IMG/VR virus record: IMGVR_UViG_3300047510_001751
Coordinates: 1 to 64,000 of that record
Direction: 5' to 3' (one strand)
Source: a virus
DNA: 64,000 nt
Position numbers and translations under genes: made by a program. Positions 37,768 to 48,300 of this stretch are shown one piece after another. Each line of letters starts with the position of its first letter. Position 1 is the first letter of the stretch. Under the pieces are notes generated by a model. That model did not search any database. It was given only the letters and a program-made list of their open reading frames with translations, and had not been told where the DNA came from.

Positions 37768-38520
37768 TTACATTCCCAAATTAATTTTAGCGATAAGATA
37801 AGACTTCACAAGACCAGAGCGAACGATGTCTTCAATACCAAATTCGATAAGTGAAAACTCATCCATGTTCTGAAGAATTCGTTGGAAATCAATGATACCA
37901 GTTCGTTCGTTAGTACGTTGTAGGTCCGACTGACTAGCATCACCACAGAACATAATCTTACTATCTTGACCGATACGAGTCATAATAGAATCAAGTTCGT
38001 GGAAGTTAAGGTTCTGACATTCATCAACAATTACAATTGAATTGTCGAGGGTAGAACCACGAAGGAAAGATGTACTCCAGAAACTGATTGTTTCTTGTTG
38101 TTTGAGGTTGTCGTACAACATGTCAAACGAAGGATCGTCTGGCAGCTCAAACATATACTTTACCATATTCTTGTATGGGATTTGGTAAAGCGATGACTTG
38201 TCTTCGTGTGTGCCAGGAAGGAAACCAATTTCTCTAGTAGCAACTAGAGAGCGAACGATGTAAATCTTTTCGTAAGGTGTTTTTTCATCTAGAACATCAC
38301 GAAGAGCAAGGTAGAGGGCAACGAATGTCTTACCCGTTCCAGCGGCACCATAGGCAAAGATGTTTTGACCAGTTCCATATTGTTCAAACATTTTAGTTTG
38401 ATTTTCTGTAAGAGGTTCAATGTCAAGAAGATAATCTGAATTGATTGGCTTCTTTCTTCTCATTTGCTTAGCACTCATACCATTAAGGTCTGGAGTATTT
38501 CTTTTTCTTGCTCTTGGCAT
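37768..38520 (-). CDS. phoH: PhoH-family ATPase
   Basis: GAAGTGKT P-loop; IGFLPG; FLRGST; DECQN; GDASQSDL. Confidence 0.95.
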   Translation of the reverse strand: MPRARKRNTPDLNGMSAKQMRRKKPINSDYLLDIEPLTENQTKMFEQYGTGQNIFAYGAAGTGKTFVALYLALRDVLDEKTPYEKIYIVRSLVATREIGFLPGTHEDKSSLYQIPYKNMVKYMFELPDDPSFDMLYDNLKQQETISFWSTSFLRGSTLDNSIVIVDECQNLNFHELDSIMTRIGQDSKIMFCGDASQSDLQRTNERTGIIDFQRILQNMDEFSLIEFGIEDIVRSGLVKSYLIAKINLGM

Positions 38521-38540
38521 AGTTGTTTATAGTGATTAAT

Positions 38541-38783
38541 TTACCATTGAACACGAGAACCAGGGGCTTTTGCCACTTTGTTCTTCATAATATCAGCCCA
38601 ACCTGGATGAGTTTTATTCATCTTGTCTTTCCAATCTCCGACTTCACCAACGCCAGCTACACCAGCGGACCAATCCTTATCCCATTGGGGATTATCTTTT
38701 CTCCACTGATCATACTCCACCATTGACATGTAGAGTTCTTGTTTCTCTCCAGTTTCTTTATGAATTACAGGGTATGTTGGCAT
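38541..38783 (-). CDS. Conserved cyanophage hypothetical protein
   Basis: MPTYPVIHKETGEKQEL...WDKDWSAG. Confidence 0.75.
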   Translation of the reverse strand: MPTYPVIHKETGEKQELYMSMVEYDQWRKDNPQWDKDWSAGVAGVGEVGDWKDKMNKTHPGWADIMKNKVAKAPGSRVQW

Positions 38784-39475
38784 CAGTTCCACTCCAAAGC
38801 TTGGGCAACAGTCGGGAATTGTGTAGAGAAAATTTCTTTACACATCTCAGCAATTTCCATGTGCTCTTTTTGAGTACCATTTGCTGAGCGTAATTCTATA
38901 TAGTGTACCCATGACCGTACAGATCCAGTCATATAAATTCTGGTTGGTACTGCCAAAGGCAATACAAACCTCGAACATTCCTTAGCAACTCCAGCGCCAA
39001 GCATATCATCATACAATTCTTGTGCTTCAGCAAACAGCATTTTCATTCGTCGCTGGAAAGCAATCACAAGTTCAGGATCAAGATCATCAATAGAATTCTG
39101 ACGATTCTTAGTATCCTGACGACGAAGTTCGGGCAAAGGAATTTCTTCGGTCAGAAGATTAGTGTCAGCGTAACGTTGTGAAAATTCTTGATATGTAAAT
39201 GAACGGTGCCGCAAAATTTGAGCCGCCAGTCCACGAGTAGTATTGATTTCTAGGGTCATGTGTGCCTGTTCAAAGACACTCCAATGTCCATGCTGAATAC
39301 AATATTTAAGCAGCCCCGAGATCTTCGGGTTGTCCTGGTTGTTCGGGTTGCTCACTCTCGCTACATACGCCATCATCTCCTCTGCTTTCGGTGTCACTGT
39401 CACCAGCTTCACTGATTGGTTGTTCAAAGATCGTTGGATCGACGGTGTATCCAAATCCACGGGTTGCTCGCTCAT
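38783..39475 (-). CDS. thyX: Flavin-dependent thymidylate synthase
   Basis: ARVSNP...HWSVFE...QILRHRSFTYQEFSQRY...SRFVLP; start uncertain. Confidence 0.95.
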   Translation of the reverse strand: MSEQPVDLDTPSIQRSLNNQSVKLVTVTPKAEEMMAYVARVSNPNNQDNPKISGLLKYCIQHGHWSVFEQAHMTLEINTTRGLAAQILRHRSFTYQEFSQRYADTNLLTEEIPLPELRRQDTKNRQNSIDDLDPELVIAFQRRMKMLFAEAQELYDDMLGAGVAKECSRFVLPLAVPTRIYMTGSVRSWVHYIELRSANGTQKEHMEIAEMCKEIFSTQFPTVAQALEWN

Positions 39476-39608
39476 AGTCTGTAAGATTTTTCCGAAGTTT
39501 TTTAATTTGATGCCGACGCTTAAGAATCTCGACATATTGATCTGTACTATATTTTGGGTCTCCTAATGCCTGGGTAAGCATTTTGGTAGCCCGCTTTAAT
39601 GAAGTCAT
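39306..39608 (-). CDS. Hypothetical protein overlapping the thyX 5' end
   Basis: Start follows promoter at 39632-39660; basic N-half ending RGFG; C-half overlaps thyX in another frame. Confidence 0.55.
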   Translation of the reverse strand: MTSLKRATKMLTQALGDPKYSTDQYVEILKRRHQIKKLRKNLTDYERATRGFGYTVDPTIFEQPISEAGDSDTESRGDDGVCSESEQPEQPGQPEDLGAA

Positions 39609-39631
39609 AAAATCAAAGCAGATTTGTTCGT

Positions 39632-39666
39632 ATCATAACACAAAAAAAGGGGGCTGTCAAGCCCCC
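39632..39666 (-). promoter_or_regulatory. Fused terminator hairpin and early promoter
   Basis: GGGGGC-TTGACA-GCCCCC-TTTTTTT then TATGAT at N17. Confidence 0.75.
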
Positions 39667-39673
39667 GTCTGAT

Positions 39674-39757
39674 TTATTTCATCGCCATTACCATCTGAGC
39701 TTGGTGTAGACGATTTTGTTTTTGAATTTGTTTACGAATAACATTCAACCAATTCAT
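39674..39757 (-). CDS. Small protein (27 aa)
   Basis: GGAGG RBS; MNWLNVIRKQIQKQNRLHQAQMVMAMK; ATGA overlap with DUF4278. Confidence 0.6.
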   Translation of the reverse strand: MNWLNVIRKQIQKQNRLHQAQMVMAMK

Positions 39758-39912
39758 TTTGCTACCTCCTGATTGTGGCAAGGACGATAGGCAACACCAC
39801 GATAAGTGTTTGCTGGATGTGCTGGGGCATGTGTTTCGGAATACCACTTTTGATATTCTTGCTTTGGGGTTTCAGTGTTGTACTTACATCCACGATAAGT
39901 TGCTTGTGACAT
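39754..39912 (-). CDS. DUF4278-like small protein (52 aa)
   Basis: Two (T/A)YRG motifs: MSQATYRGCKY...NTYRGVAY; AAGGAG RBS; behind glutamine riboswitch. Confidence 0.75.
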   Translation of the reverse strand: MSQATYRGCKYNTETPKQEYQKWYSETHAPAHPANTYRGVAYRPCHNQEVAK

Positions 39913-39942
39913 TAGGTTTTCTCCTTAGGGTTTTAAGTTAAA

Positions 39943-40043
39943 GAGCGTTCCTTCAGTCGGCTTTTGCGTTCGCTATTTCCAAATAGCGAATGAACGATCC
40001 GTTCCGAGTCGGCTTACTTCCGTCGCCAATGGCGATGAACGAT
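39943..40043 (-). ncRNA. Tandem-type glutamine (glnA-class) riboswitch
   Basis: ATCGTTCA...GACGGAAGTAAG...ATCGTTCA...GAAGGAACGC aptamer landmarks, duplicated. Confidence 0.8.
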
Positions 40044-40049
40044 AGGAGT

Positions 40050-40078
40050 ATTTTAGCACTCCTATCGTATCTAGTCAA
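40050..40078 (-). promoter_or_regulatory. Promoter for riboswitch/DUF4278 unit
   Basis: TTGACT-N17-TAAAAT; predicted start site at the riboswitch 5' end. Confidence 0.7.
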
Positions 40079-40080
40079 CT

Positions 40081-40106
40081 AATATTGTATTTTTTTATAC
40101 AATATT
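40081..40106. promoter_or_regulatory. Palindrome matching the NtcA box
   Basis: AATATT-GTA-TTTTTTTA-TAC-AATATT (GTA-N8-TAC). Confidence 0.45.
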
Positions 40107-40107
40107 T

Positions 40108-40434
40108 TTATCGTATAATATATTCTAATGTGTAATCTTTCGCTTTTAATTGTTCGATGATAATGTCACAAGCAATCTTGGGTTCAGAATCTCCACAAGT
40201 AAATACATCTACAGCAGCTTCTCCTTTCTCTGGCCAAGTATGAATACTAATATGACTTTCAGAAAGTAAACAAATTGCTGTCACACCTTGTGGTTTAAAT
40301 TGGTGTGACATAGTTTGTAGAACATGTGCTCCACATGCTTCTGCCGAATTCTCAAGCAAATCACATAGAAAAAACTCATTATCTAATAAAGATAATGAGC
40401 ATCCATACAGGTTGAGTAAGTAATGCTTTCCCAT
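40108..40434 (-). CDS. speD: S-adenosylmethionine decarboxylase proenzyme
   Basis: GKHYLL...F-x-PQGVT...LLSESHISIHTWPE...AAVDVFTCG. Confidence 0.95.
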   Translation of the reverse strand: MGKHYLLNLYGCSLSLLDNEFFLCDLLENSAEACGAHVLQTMSHQFKPQGVTAICLLSESHISIHTWPEKGEAAVDVFTCGDSEPKIACDIIIEQLKAKDYTLEYIIR

Positions 40435-40683
40435 TTAAATTAACCAAAGTGTATCGTTGTTTCCTTCACAACATTTTCTAATTTTAATATCATATCCTTT
40501 TTCCATAAGCAATCTAGCATCTGGCATAGCCTCTTGTAAATTTGTATAGAAAAAAACTTCAGAATATTTTTTTGTTAGAACTGCTGTCCCATTTTTATTA
40601 ATTCTTTTTAATACTTTTGTATCTTTTAAATTATTATTTTTCCAAACTTGAATACAATAAGTATTTTTCCAGCTTCCTGCCAT
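40435..40683 (-). CDS. Hypothetical protein
   Basis: 82-aa ORF tightly packed in operon. Confidence 0.65.
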   Translation of the reverse strand: MAGSWKNTYCIQVWKNNNLKDTKVLKRINKNGTAVLTKKYSEVFFYTNLQEAMPDARLLMEKGYDIKIRKCCEGNNDTLWLI

Positions 40684-40958
40684 TATCGTTTCCTTTTTTC
40701 TTCTTTGGGTGGTTTATTTCCCCAAAGTTTGGGGTTTACTCTACCTTCGGATTGCTTAAATGATTTTAATCCTTCACGATATCTATCCCAATAATAATCA
40801 AATAATTCAATTTTGTTTCTAGGGATTGCTATATCGTAGGTAATTGCTCCATCAATTTCATAAGTTACGATGTATGCTGTGTATGGCAAATTTCGATCAT
40901 TTGCTAGTTCAGGATCACAGTTTTGATGAAGAATCACCATCAACCACGTCCCCCCCAC
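40683..40958 (-). CDS. Conserved cyanophage hypothetical protein
   Basis: ILHQNCDPELA...FDYYWD...GRVNPKLWG; start uncertain. Confidence 0.75.
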   Translation of the reverse strand: MGGTWLMVILHQNCDPELANDRNLPYTAYIVTYEIDGAITYDIAIPRNKIELFDYYWDRYREGLKSFKQSEGRVNPKLWGNKPPKEEKRKR

Positions 40959-41374
40959 TTAATATTGGGGAACGCTTCTTCTACACAAGCACGAGTAATT
41001 TTATACTTTCTACCAAGAGATTTATCTTTCACAAGAACAAGAAGATCCGCTTCTTCTTCTTGAAGACCTTCGAGAAGTTGAATAAAAAGATTTTCTCTGG
41101 TAGTCTGGTTGATTGAAGAATTGCCGCCCTTGAAGAAAAGGTACAGCTTACGATACTCATGCTCTAGGACAGTATGCTCTGTACCCTTGGGAGCGTCGTT
41201 GGGCGTAAATGGAACTTTTCCCTCAGGTAACATAGAAATCACGCTTTCATCAAAGTTAGCGATGAGTAGGGAGCGAAGAGCAGGAGTATTGTATTCGTTG
41301 AGAAGTTTGATCTTTTCAGCTTTAGTTTTGGCGTTGCTCACTTTTTGGAGCACTTCGGAAATTAGCAATTTCAT
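40940..41374 (-). CDS. Conserved T4-like hypothetical protein
   Basis: MKLLISEVLQKVS...ALRSLL...LP-x-G-x-VP...RE-x-LFIQLLEGL. Confidence 0.8.
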   Translation of the reverse strand: MKLLISEVLQKVSNAKTKAEKIKLLNEYNTPALRSLLIANFDESVISMLPEGKVPFTPNDAPKGTEHTVLEHEYRKLYLFFKGGNSSINQTTRENLFIQLLEGLQEEEADLLVLVKDKSLGRKYKITRACVEEAFPNIKWGGRG

Positions 41375-42234
41375 TTCTTAAATGGCGAGGAACTACGAAA
41401 ATAAAACACTTCCATCAAATCAGTTAATTGATTTTGCTGAAAGTATTCTAATGAGATTTGTTTGTCGTTAATATTTATAGTGTTAAATTGATCTAGGATC
41501 TTTTGTTCAAGATCTTCTGGCACATAATCTAGATCAATAAGAGTTCTGTTCCTATAGTAATTATCAATTTCTGATTTAGTTTTACAAAACACTGATGGAT
41601 CTTGATCTACCCAAAGATTTAATTTCTTTTGGCTGATGGGTTTTTGTCTTTTTTCAGCTACAAAAGTATCATCATCAGACAAAAAGTTAGGAATGCCATC
41701 TGACTTATCACCTTTAATAATATGCTCTTTAATAAAAGCATATGGGTCGTCAGATGAAATATAACTTTTCATGATAGGGTTGTATTGATACACCCCAGGA
41801 TACTTGTGAAGTTGAATAAAATCTTTATCTCCAGAAAGAATTAAAACTTTTTCTTTCGGTTTCTTGTGTCGGCACAATACGGAGATTACATCATCAGCTT
41901 CAGCACCATATACTTCCATCACTTTGTATGGAAAGTATTCTTTAATTTCATCACGAATTTTATTCAAGACATCAAAGATTGAATGCCAATCTAGTCCAGA
42001 ACTTTTACGATCTTTCTTTCTATTATATTTGTAGTAGGGAAAGAAATCTTTTCTCCAATAGTGTTTGCTATCGTAAGCTAAAACTACTTCCCCATATTCT
42101 TGTTTATATTGTTTCTCATAAGCAATTAAACTTCTGAGAACCATATGACGAACCAATTTTTCATTAAGGTCGTCTTTCTTAAGTTGTGCCATCAAGTTAC
42201 TAATCATAACTTGATTCATGTCAATAATAATCAT
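41371..42234 (-). CDS. rnh: T4 RNase H-type 5'-3' exonuclease
   Basis: IIIDMNQ...YWR...YK-x-NR...EADD...SGDKDFIQL...GDKSDGIPN. Confidence 0.92.
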   Translation of the reverse strand: MIIIDMNQVMISNLMAQLKKDDLNEKLVRHMVLRSLIAYEKQYKQEYGEVVLAYDSKHYWRKDFFPYYKYNRKKDRKSSGLDWHSIFDVLNKIRDEIKEYFPYKVMEVYGAEADDVISVLCRHKKPKEKVLILSGDKDFIQLHKYPGVYQYNPIMKSYISSDDPYAFIKEHIIKGDKSDGIPNFLSDDDTFVAEKRQKPISQKKLNLWVDQDPSVFCKTKSEIDNYYRNRTLIDLDYVPEDLEQKILDQFNTININDKQISLEYFQQNQLTDLMEVFYFRSSSPFKK

Positions 42235-42457
42235 CCTCTTCTTCTTCCTCTTCTTCGTCAATAAAGGTTACAGCAAGTAGCTCTTCGTTAATAACAATTC
42301 CTTGGTCATCATACATTTCTGGATGAAGTTGAGGAGAATTATTTTTATTGTAAAAATTATAAACAATGTCGTTGATAAACCAACCAGCTATAATTCCAAC
42401 TATAAGAAATAGAACTACAAAGCAGCCCATGAAAAAGAGGATTGTAGGCGATTCCAT
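42221..42457 (-). CDS. Membrane-anchored hypothetical protein
   Basis: N-terminal hydrophobic helix; HPEMYD...acidic tail. Confidence 0.75.
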   Translation of the reverse strand: MESPTILFFMGCFVVLFLIVGIIAGWFINDIVYNFYNKNNSPQLHPEMYDDQGIVINEELLAVTFIDEEEEEEEDDYY

Positions 42458-42479
42458 TTTAATTCTCCGAGTGACTTGG

Positions 42480-42599
42480 TTAGTTTAAGTCCCTCCAACT
42501 GAATTCAAATTTAAAAAAGAATTGTTTTTGTAGGAGGGAAAATTGTTTAATTAATTTTAGACCATGTGTTTCTGGCTCTTTTGTAGCCCTCCTGAGCAT
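42480..42599 (-). CDS. Small hypothetical protein (39 aa)
   Basis: ATAAATA upstream; MLRRATKEPETHGLKL...FEFSWRDLN. Confidence 0.5.
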   Translation of the reverse strand: MLRRATKEPETHGLKLIKQFSLLQKQFFFKFEFSWRDLN

Positions 42600-42633
42600 T
42601 AGCTCCACACCTTTATTTATGGGAGTTTTGGGG

Positions 42634-42894
42634 TCATTCATGATCTTTTTTGGAAGAAACTAATTTCTTCTCAACAAAATACTTCACAGTTTCTATTAGA
42701 CCACCAATTACTTGATCATCAATAATTACAAAAGGAAATCCTTTTGCTAAGGGATATTCATTTTTAAATTCTTCTAGAGTTAAATCTTTACCCACAACAT
42801 AATCAGTATATTCAACACCAGCTCTGTTCATCAATTCAATAATTTTTACACAATACCCACAACCAGTTGTTTTGTAAATTTTAATGTTCATCAT
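42634..42894 (-). CDS. Glutaredoxin
   Basis: IY-x3-GCGYC...FP-x-V-x-IDD-x2-IGG. Confidence 0.88.
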   Translation of the reverse strand: MMNIKIYKTTGCGYCVKIIELMNRAGVEYTDYVVGKDLTLEEFKNEYPLAKGFPFVIIDDQVIGGLIETVKYFVEKKLVSSKKDHE

Positions 42895-43559
42895 TTGAAA
42901 CTCTCCAATTCTCCTTTGTAATAAACATACCAATCAATTCCTTTGCCCATAGTATCGCCATCACAATAGATGTCTTCTCCATCATACTCCATACCAGTAA
43001 CAATGGTCCAGGAATCAGCAACTTCAGTAATATTAACTACAAGTTTTTTTGGATCAAACTCCACCCCATCAGGAATTTCAAACTCTCCAATGTAACTACC
43101 ACGTTCGTAAGAATTGTAAAGCATCCAAACGCCTTCTGATTCATTCATCTCATAAAAAATTCTACCAATGGCATTTTCTTCTCCGTTTTCTTTTGGAGCG
43201 TCATCGTCAATTTCTTCTTTAGAATACCACGTAAGTTGATTGATCGGTGATGTCCAGATTTGATTTTCCTCATCATCTGCTAAGCAAACACCAATGTTTT
43301 GATCATCAGTATCTGGACCCCAGCACATACATCCATCAGTAATCTCATCCCACGTAGGAAGATTTTTTTCTGGATCATTCCAATCACGATCAGTTTCCTC
43401 GGAAAGTAAATCAGCATCAAAATGAATTTGATCGTCTTCATCAAAAGTAAAATACTTGTCTACTTGTTCTTGAGTTAGTTGTACTGCTCCAAGCTCATTG
43501 AAATACGTTCGATGCCACGAACTTTCTCCACAACTAATCCAAACGTTATACTTAGCCAT
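42891..43559 (-). CDS. Acidic hypothetical protein
   Basis: MAKYNVWISCG...; behind early promoter. Confidence 0.75.
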   Translation of the reverse strand: MAKYNVWISCGESSWHRTYFNELGAVQLTQEQVDKYFTFDEDDQIHFDADLLSEETDRDWNDPEKNLPTWDEITDGCMCWGPDTDDQNIGVCLADDEENQIWTSPINQLTWYSKEEIDDDAPKENGEENAIGRIFYEMNESEGVWMLYNSYERGSYIGEFEIPDGVEFDPKKLVVNITEVADSWTIVTGMEYDGEDIYCDGDTMGKGIDWYVYYKGELESFK

Positions 43560-43583
43560 AGCCAATAAAAAAACCACCTGCTT

Positions 43584-43612
43584 ATTGTAGGTGGTTCGGG
43601 GGGTTTTGTCAA
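43584..43612 (-). promoter_or_regulatory. Early promoter
   Basis: TTGACA-N17-TACAAT. Confidence 0.75.
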
Positions 43613-43639
43613 GTGTCCTAGGGGTAGTCAATGATTATT

Positions 43640-44020
43640 TTAATTAATTCTTCTTCTTGGTGGATATCGATACACATTAGATGGTGCTTCTGGTTTCATC
43701 CAGTTATTAATCTTCTCATAGTTCTCGTGAGAAAAGAAATACTGACTGTTATACCATTCTTCCCAAGGAGTATGACCTTTAGATTGATTACATGAATGAC
43801 AACATGCCACCACATTTGTTTTAATATCTAGACCACCCTTACATTGGGGTAGAATATGGTCTAGTGTAATATTTTCTTCTGATTTACAATAAGCACATTC
43901 GTTGTTCCAAGCATCTTTTATATTCTGTTTCCATAATCGTTTTGCTTCACTCTTAGATGTTGTATGAAGATTAAACAGGTAGTCCTTAGGCGAATGTAAG
44001 GGAACCATAAGTGCTTGCAA
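43640..44020 (-). CDS. HNH endonuclease downstream of psbA
   Basis: CAYC...TLDHILP...GG...NVVACCHSCNQSKG. Confidence 0.9.
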   Translation of the reverse strand: MQALMVPLHSPKDYLFNLHTTSKSEAKRLWKQNIKDAWNNECAYCKSEENITLDHILPQCKGGLDIKTNVVACCHSCNQSKGHTPWEEWYNSQYFFSHENYEKINNWMKPEAPSNVYRYPPRRRIN

Positions 44021-44045
44021 CTTATTGATATTTATTATTTGACAT

Positions 44046-44069
44046 AAAAAAAATCCCCCGAAGGGGATT
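44046..44069 (-). terminator. psbA terminator
   Basis: AATCCCC-TTCG-GGGGATT-TTTTTT. Confidence 0.8.
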
Positions 44070-44094
44070 GATTTATTTTATACCCGATAAAGTA

Positions 44095-45174
44095 TCAACC
44101 AATAGCAGGTGCTGTGAGAGCAACAGGAGTGCTATCAGCAGCAGCAAGGTCGAGCGGGAAGTTGTGAGCGTTACGCTCGTGCATCACTTCCATGCCAAGA
44201 CCACCACGGTTTAGGATGTCTGCCCAAGTGTTAATCACATGTCCCTGTGAATCCTGGATGGACTGGTTGAAGTTGAATCCATTGAGGTTGAACGCCATTG
44301 TGCTAACGCCCAAGGCAGTAAACCAGATACCGACAACAGGCCAAGCAGCAAGGAAGAAGTGTAGCGAACGAGAGTTGTTGAACGAGGCATATTGGAAAAT
44401 CAGACGACCGAAGTAACCATGAGCAGCTACAATGTTGTAGGTCTCTTCTTCTTGTCCAAACTTGTATCCATAGTTCTGTGACTCAGTTTCTGTCGTCTCA
44501 CGGACGAGAGAAGAGGTGACAAGAGATCCGTGCATAGCAGAGAAAAGAGAACCACCGAAGACACCAGCAACTCCCAGCATGTGGAAAGGGTGCATAAGAA
44601 TGTTGTGTTCTGCCTGGAAAACAAGCATGTAGTTGAAAGTTCCCGAAATCCCAAGAGGCATTGCGTCACTGAAGGATCCTTGACCAAAGGGATAGACCAG
44701 GAACACTGCAGAAGCAGCAGCAACGGGTGCTGAGTAGGCAACACAAATCCAAGGACGCATGCCCAATCGGTAAGACAGTTCCCATTCACGACCCATGTAG
44801 GCATAGATACCAATCAGAAAGTGGAAGACGACCAGTTGAAATGGTCCACCATTATATAGCCATTCATCAAGTGAATTGGCTTCCCAGATAGGATAGAAGT
44901 GAAGTCCGATAGCATTGGAACTAGGAACAACAGCACCAGAGATGATGTTGTTGCCATACATGAGTGAACCAGCAACTGGTTCACGGATACCGTCGATGTC
45001 AACGGGGGGAGCAGCGATAAAAGCAACGATGAAACAAATAGTAGCGGCGAGAAGGGTAGGGATCATCAGGGTTCCAAACCAACCTACGTAGAGGCGGTTA
45101 TCGGTAGATGTTACCCACTCACAGAATTGTTCCCAAGTATTGCTTTGTCGCTGTTGGGCGATAGTAGCAGTCAT
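44095..45174 (-). CDS. psbA: Photosystem II D1 protein (359 aa, intron-less)
   Basis: NRLYVGWFG...[51 protein letters not shown]...HNFPLDLA. Confidence 0.99.
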   Translation of the reverse strand: MTATIAQQRQSNTWEQFCEWVTSTDNRLYVGWFGTLMIPTLLAATICFIVAFIAAPPVDIDGIREPVAGSLMYGNNIISGAVVPSSNAIGLHFYPIWEANSLDEWLYNGGPFQLVVFHFLIGIYAYMGREWELSYRLGMRPWICVAYSAPVAAASAVFLVYPFGQGSFSDAMPLGISGTFNYMLVFQAEHNILMHPFHMLGVAGVFGGSLFSAMHGSLVTSSLVRETTETESQNYGYKFGQEEETYNIVAAHGYFGRLIFQYASFNNSRSLHFFLAAWPVVGIWFTALGVSTMAFNLNGFNFNQSIQDSQGHVINTWADILNRGGLGMEVMHERNAHNFPLDLAAADSTPVALTAPAIG

Positions 45175-45236
45175 AATTTTATTAGTCCGTAAGGTTTGTG
45201 AAAGTATGTGAAGAAATGTTTCCATTCCTTAACACT

Positions 45237-45270
45237 TATTTATAATACAACCTTTTATTTAGGATGTCAA
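45237..45270 (-). promoter_or_regulatory. psbA dual early and late promoter
   Basis: TTGACA-N17-TATTAT overlapping TATAAATA. Confidence 0.8.
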
Positions 45271-45385
45271 TAGGTGTTAGTACCTACTTATGTCATGAGG
45301 TGCTAACATTAAAATCCTTTATGGGTCGAGTCTTCACAGGCATAAATAACTTTAAGAATAAATATGCCCTTCTGTAGTTAGTGTA

Positions 45386-48300
45386 ATGGCAAATCGCTTT
45401 CCTTTAATTGTAAACCCAGATACAAAAAAAATCGAAGAATTAGCTTCGGGTGATAATATTGATTTAACAAGCAATAGTATATACGCTGGGGGTAGTATTG
45501 GAACGTTTGGGCAATACTTAAAGTCAACTGGCACTGGATTGGTATGGGATACTCCAGGAGATGTATTTTTATCTGCTTCTCAGACACTGATAAACAAAAC
45601 ATTTGCTAATGCTGTCATTTCTGGATTGAATAATAACATTTATGATATTCCAAATTCTTCTTTAGTAAATTCTTCCATTACACTTAACGGTCAAGAAGTA
45701 GAATTAGGTGGTTCATTTACATTTCCAATTGACACTAACACAACTTACAGCATTTCATTAACTGATGGCGCTGATGCCACCAGAAAAATTTTAAGATTAA
45801 CTGGAACTAATCCATCTTCTACAGATGATATTACATTTAAAGCAGGGCAAAATGTAACCATTTCAAGAACTAACGACGAAATTACTTTCAATAGTTCATA
45901 CGTAGATACTATTACTAGAGTACAAGGTGAAGCGGGAGGCACACCTGTTTCTGGTGATGTAGTTATTGTTGGTACTGGGTCAACTGATGTATCACAAGCT
46001 GGACAAACAATTACAATCAATTCGTTTTACATCGATACAATTACAAGATTAAAAGGAGAAGCAGCAGGAACATTTAGAAGTGGTGACGTTACTATACTTC
46101 AAGGTGGAGCAACTACAGTTACACAGGCTGATAATAATATCACAATTTCTTCTCAAGATACTATCACCAGATTAAAAGGTGGTGCTGGTGGTGTATTCCT
46201 TTTTGGTGATATTACTTTTACTGGATCTAACGCCACTAGTGTTACCCAAACAGGAGATGTAATTACAATCGATTCTACCAATACTGTTACCAGAGTATCA
46301 GGTGGGTTGTCTGGTACTCCAGTAACTGGAGATGTTAGAATTTTAACGGGTGGAGCTTCTAGCGTTACTCAATCTGGAAACGACGTTACTATTTCTTCTG
46401 TAGATACTATTACTAGATTAAGAGGTGGTACAGGAGAACAGCTTGCTTCTGGTGACTTTACAATCATCGGAGCTGGTGCCGCTGCTGTAACTCAATCTGG
46501 CAATACGATTACTGTTACTGGAACAGATACAAATACAGTTACTAGAGTACAAGGATCTCCTGCTAATGGAGGCAATTTACTTTCAGGTGACATCACAATT
46601 ACTGGTGCTGGAGCCGCTACCGTATCACAATCTGGTTCAACAATCACAGTAACAGCAACTGATACAGACACAACATATTCTGCTGGCATTGGATTAGCAT
46701 TAAACGGCACTATTTTTAGTTTAAAGAACCAAGATTCATTAACTAATAATAGATTAGTAAAATGGAATGCTTCTAATGGTCAATTAGTTAACTCCAACAT
46801 TGCCGACGATGGTTCTACAGTAACTATTACTGGAAACCTAAACGTTGCTGGTACTACAACTACTGTTAACACGGCAACTCTTGTTGTTAATGATGCCGAA
46901 ATTGAATTAAGAACAGGAGCTAACATAACTCCTTCCAATGGCGGCATTCAAATCAACAGAACTACAGATGGTACTGGAGCAGTAACAGCATATCAATCAC
47001 TTCAATGGTTTGAATCTGGTGGATTCTGGAGATCATTTAACGGTACAGTATCAAACAGATTTGTAACCGAAAACGAAACTCAAACCTTAACTAACAAAAC
47101 TTTAACTTCACCAATTCTAACTTCACCTCAGTTAGGTATTGCCACTGTAACTACCATCAATAAAGTTTCAGTTACTCAACCAGCAACAGGTGCTACGTTA
47201 ACAATCAACGAAGGCAAAGCATTAACTGTAAGCAATAGTGTATCATTCTCTGGCACAGATAACTCCACAGTAAACTTTGGTGGTGGTGGTTCTGTTGCCT
47301 ACGTATCAAACAAATTAAGTTTATTTGCTGCCACAACTTCAGATGAATTTAGAGGTGTTATTTCTGATGAAACTGGAACTGGTAGACTTGTATTTGCTAC
47401 CAGTCCAGAATTTGTCACCTCTATAACAACAGCAAGCACTACATTTAGCGTATTTAATACTAACGTTTCAGCAATTAATGCTTTTGGTTCTGCTACTTCT
47501 ATCACAATCGGTGCTACAAGTGGCGAAACAACAATTAGAAATAGCTTAACAGTCAATGGTAATATTACATTAGGAAATGATATTGCTGACACAGCAACCA
47601 TCAATGCTACAACCACATTTAACAACGAAGATGTAACAGTTCGTGGTATTCGTGTTGGTAGAGGTGCTTCTGGTGTTGATACAAACACTGCTTTTGGTAA
47701 AGAAGCACTAAGACTTGTTGTTGGTATTGGAGCAGGTAATCAAAACACTGCTCTTGGTTACGAAACTCTATTCTCAAACAACACTGGTAGCAGAAACGTT
47801 GTTGTTGGATTTAGAGCAGGTAGAACAATTACCAATGGTGCCGATAACGTGGCAATGGGTAATGATGCCCTTTACACAACTACAGTTGGTACTAAAAATA
47901 TTGCTATTGGTACAGAAACTTTATTCAGTAACGTAGCAGGCGAGCATAACGTTGTTATTGGTTATAAAGCGGGATGGGGCATTAGTGGTAGCGGTAACGT
48001 TGTCATTGGTCCTGCTCAAAATGGTAACACAAGCGATGTCACATATCAACTACCTAACCCAACAGGAAGCAATCAATTAGTTATTGGTTCTGGTGCTGGT
48101 GCTTGGATTAGAGGAGATAATAATTTTGATATTACAGTTCCAAATAACTTAGGTGTCTCTGGAAATCTTACCATTGCTGGTTCTACAACTAATTTAAACA
48201 GCAGAATTCTAACAGTAAGAGCATCTAATGTAACCTTTGTTGATAAAGAATTAACTCTTGGTAATGTAACTACAACTACATTCAGTGCTATCGTTCAGCA

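Noticed and set aside
44095-45174. Group I intron in psbA
   Set aside because: Reading frame is continuous and of normal D1 length.
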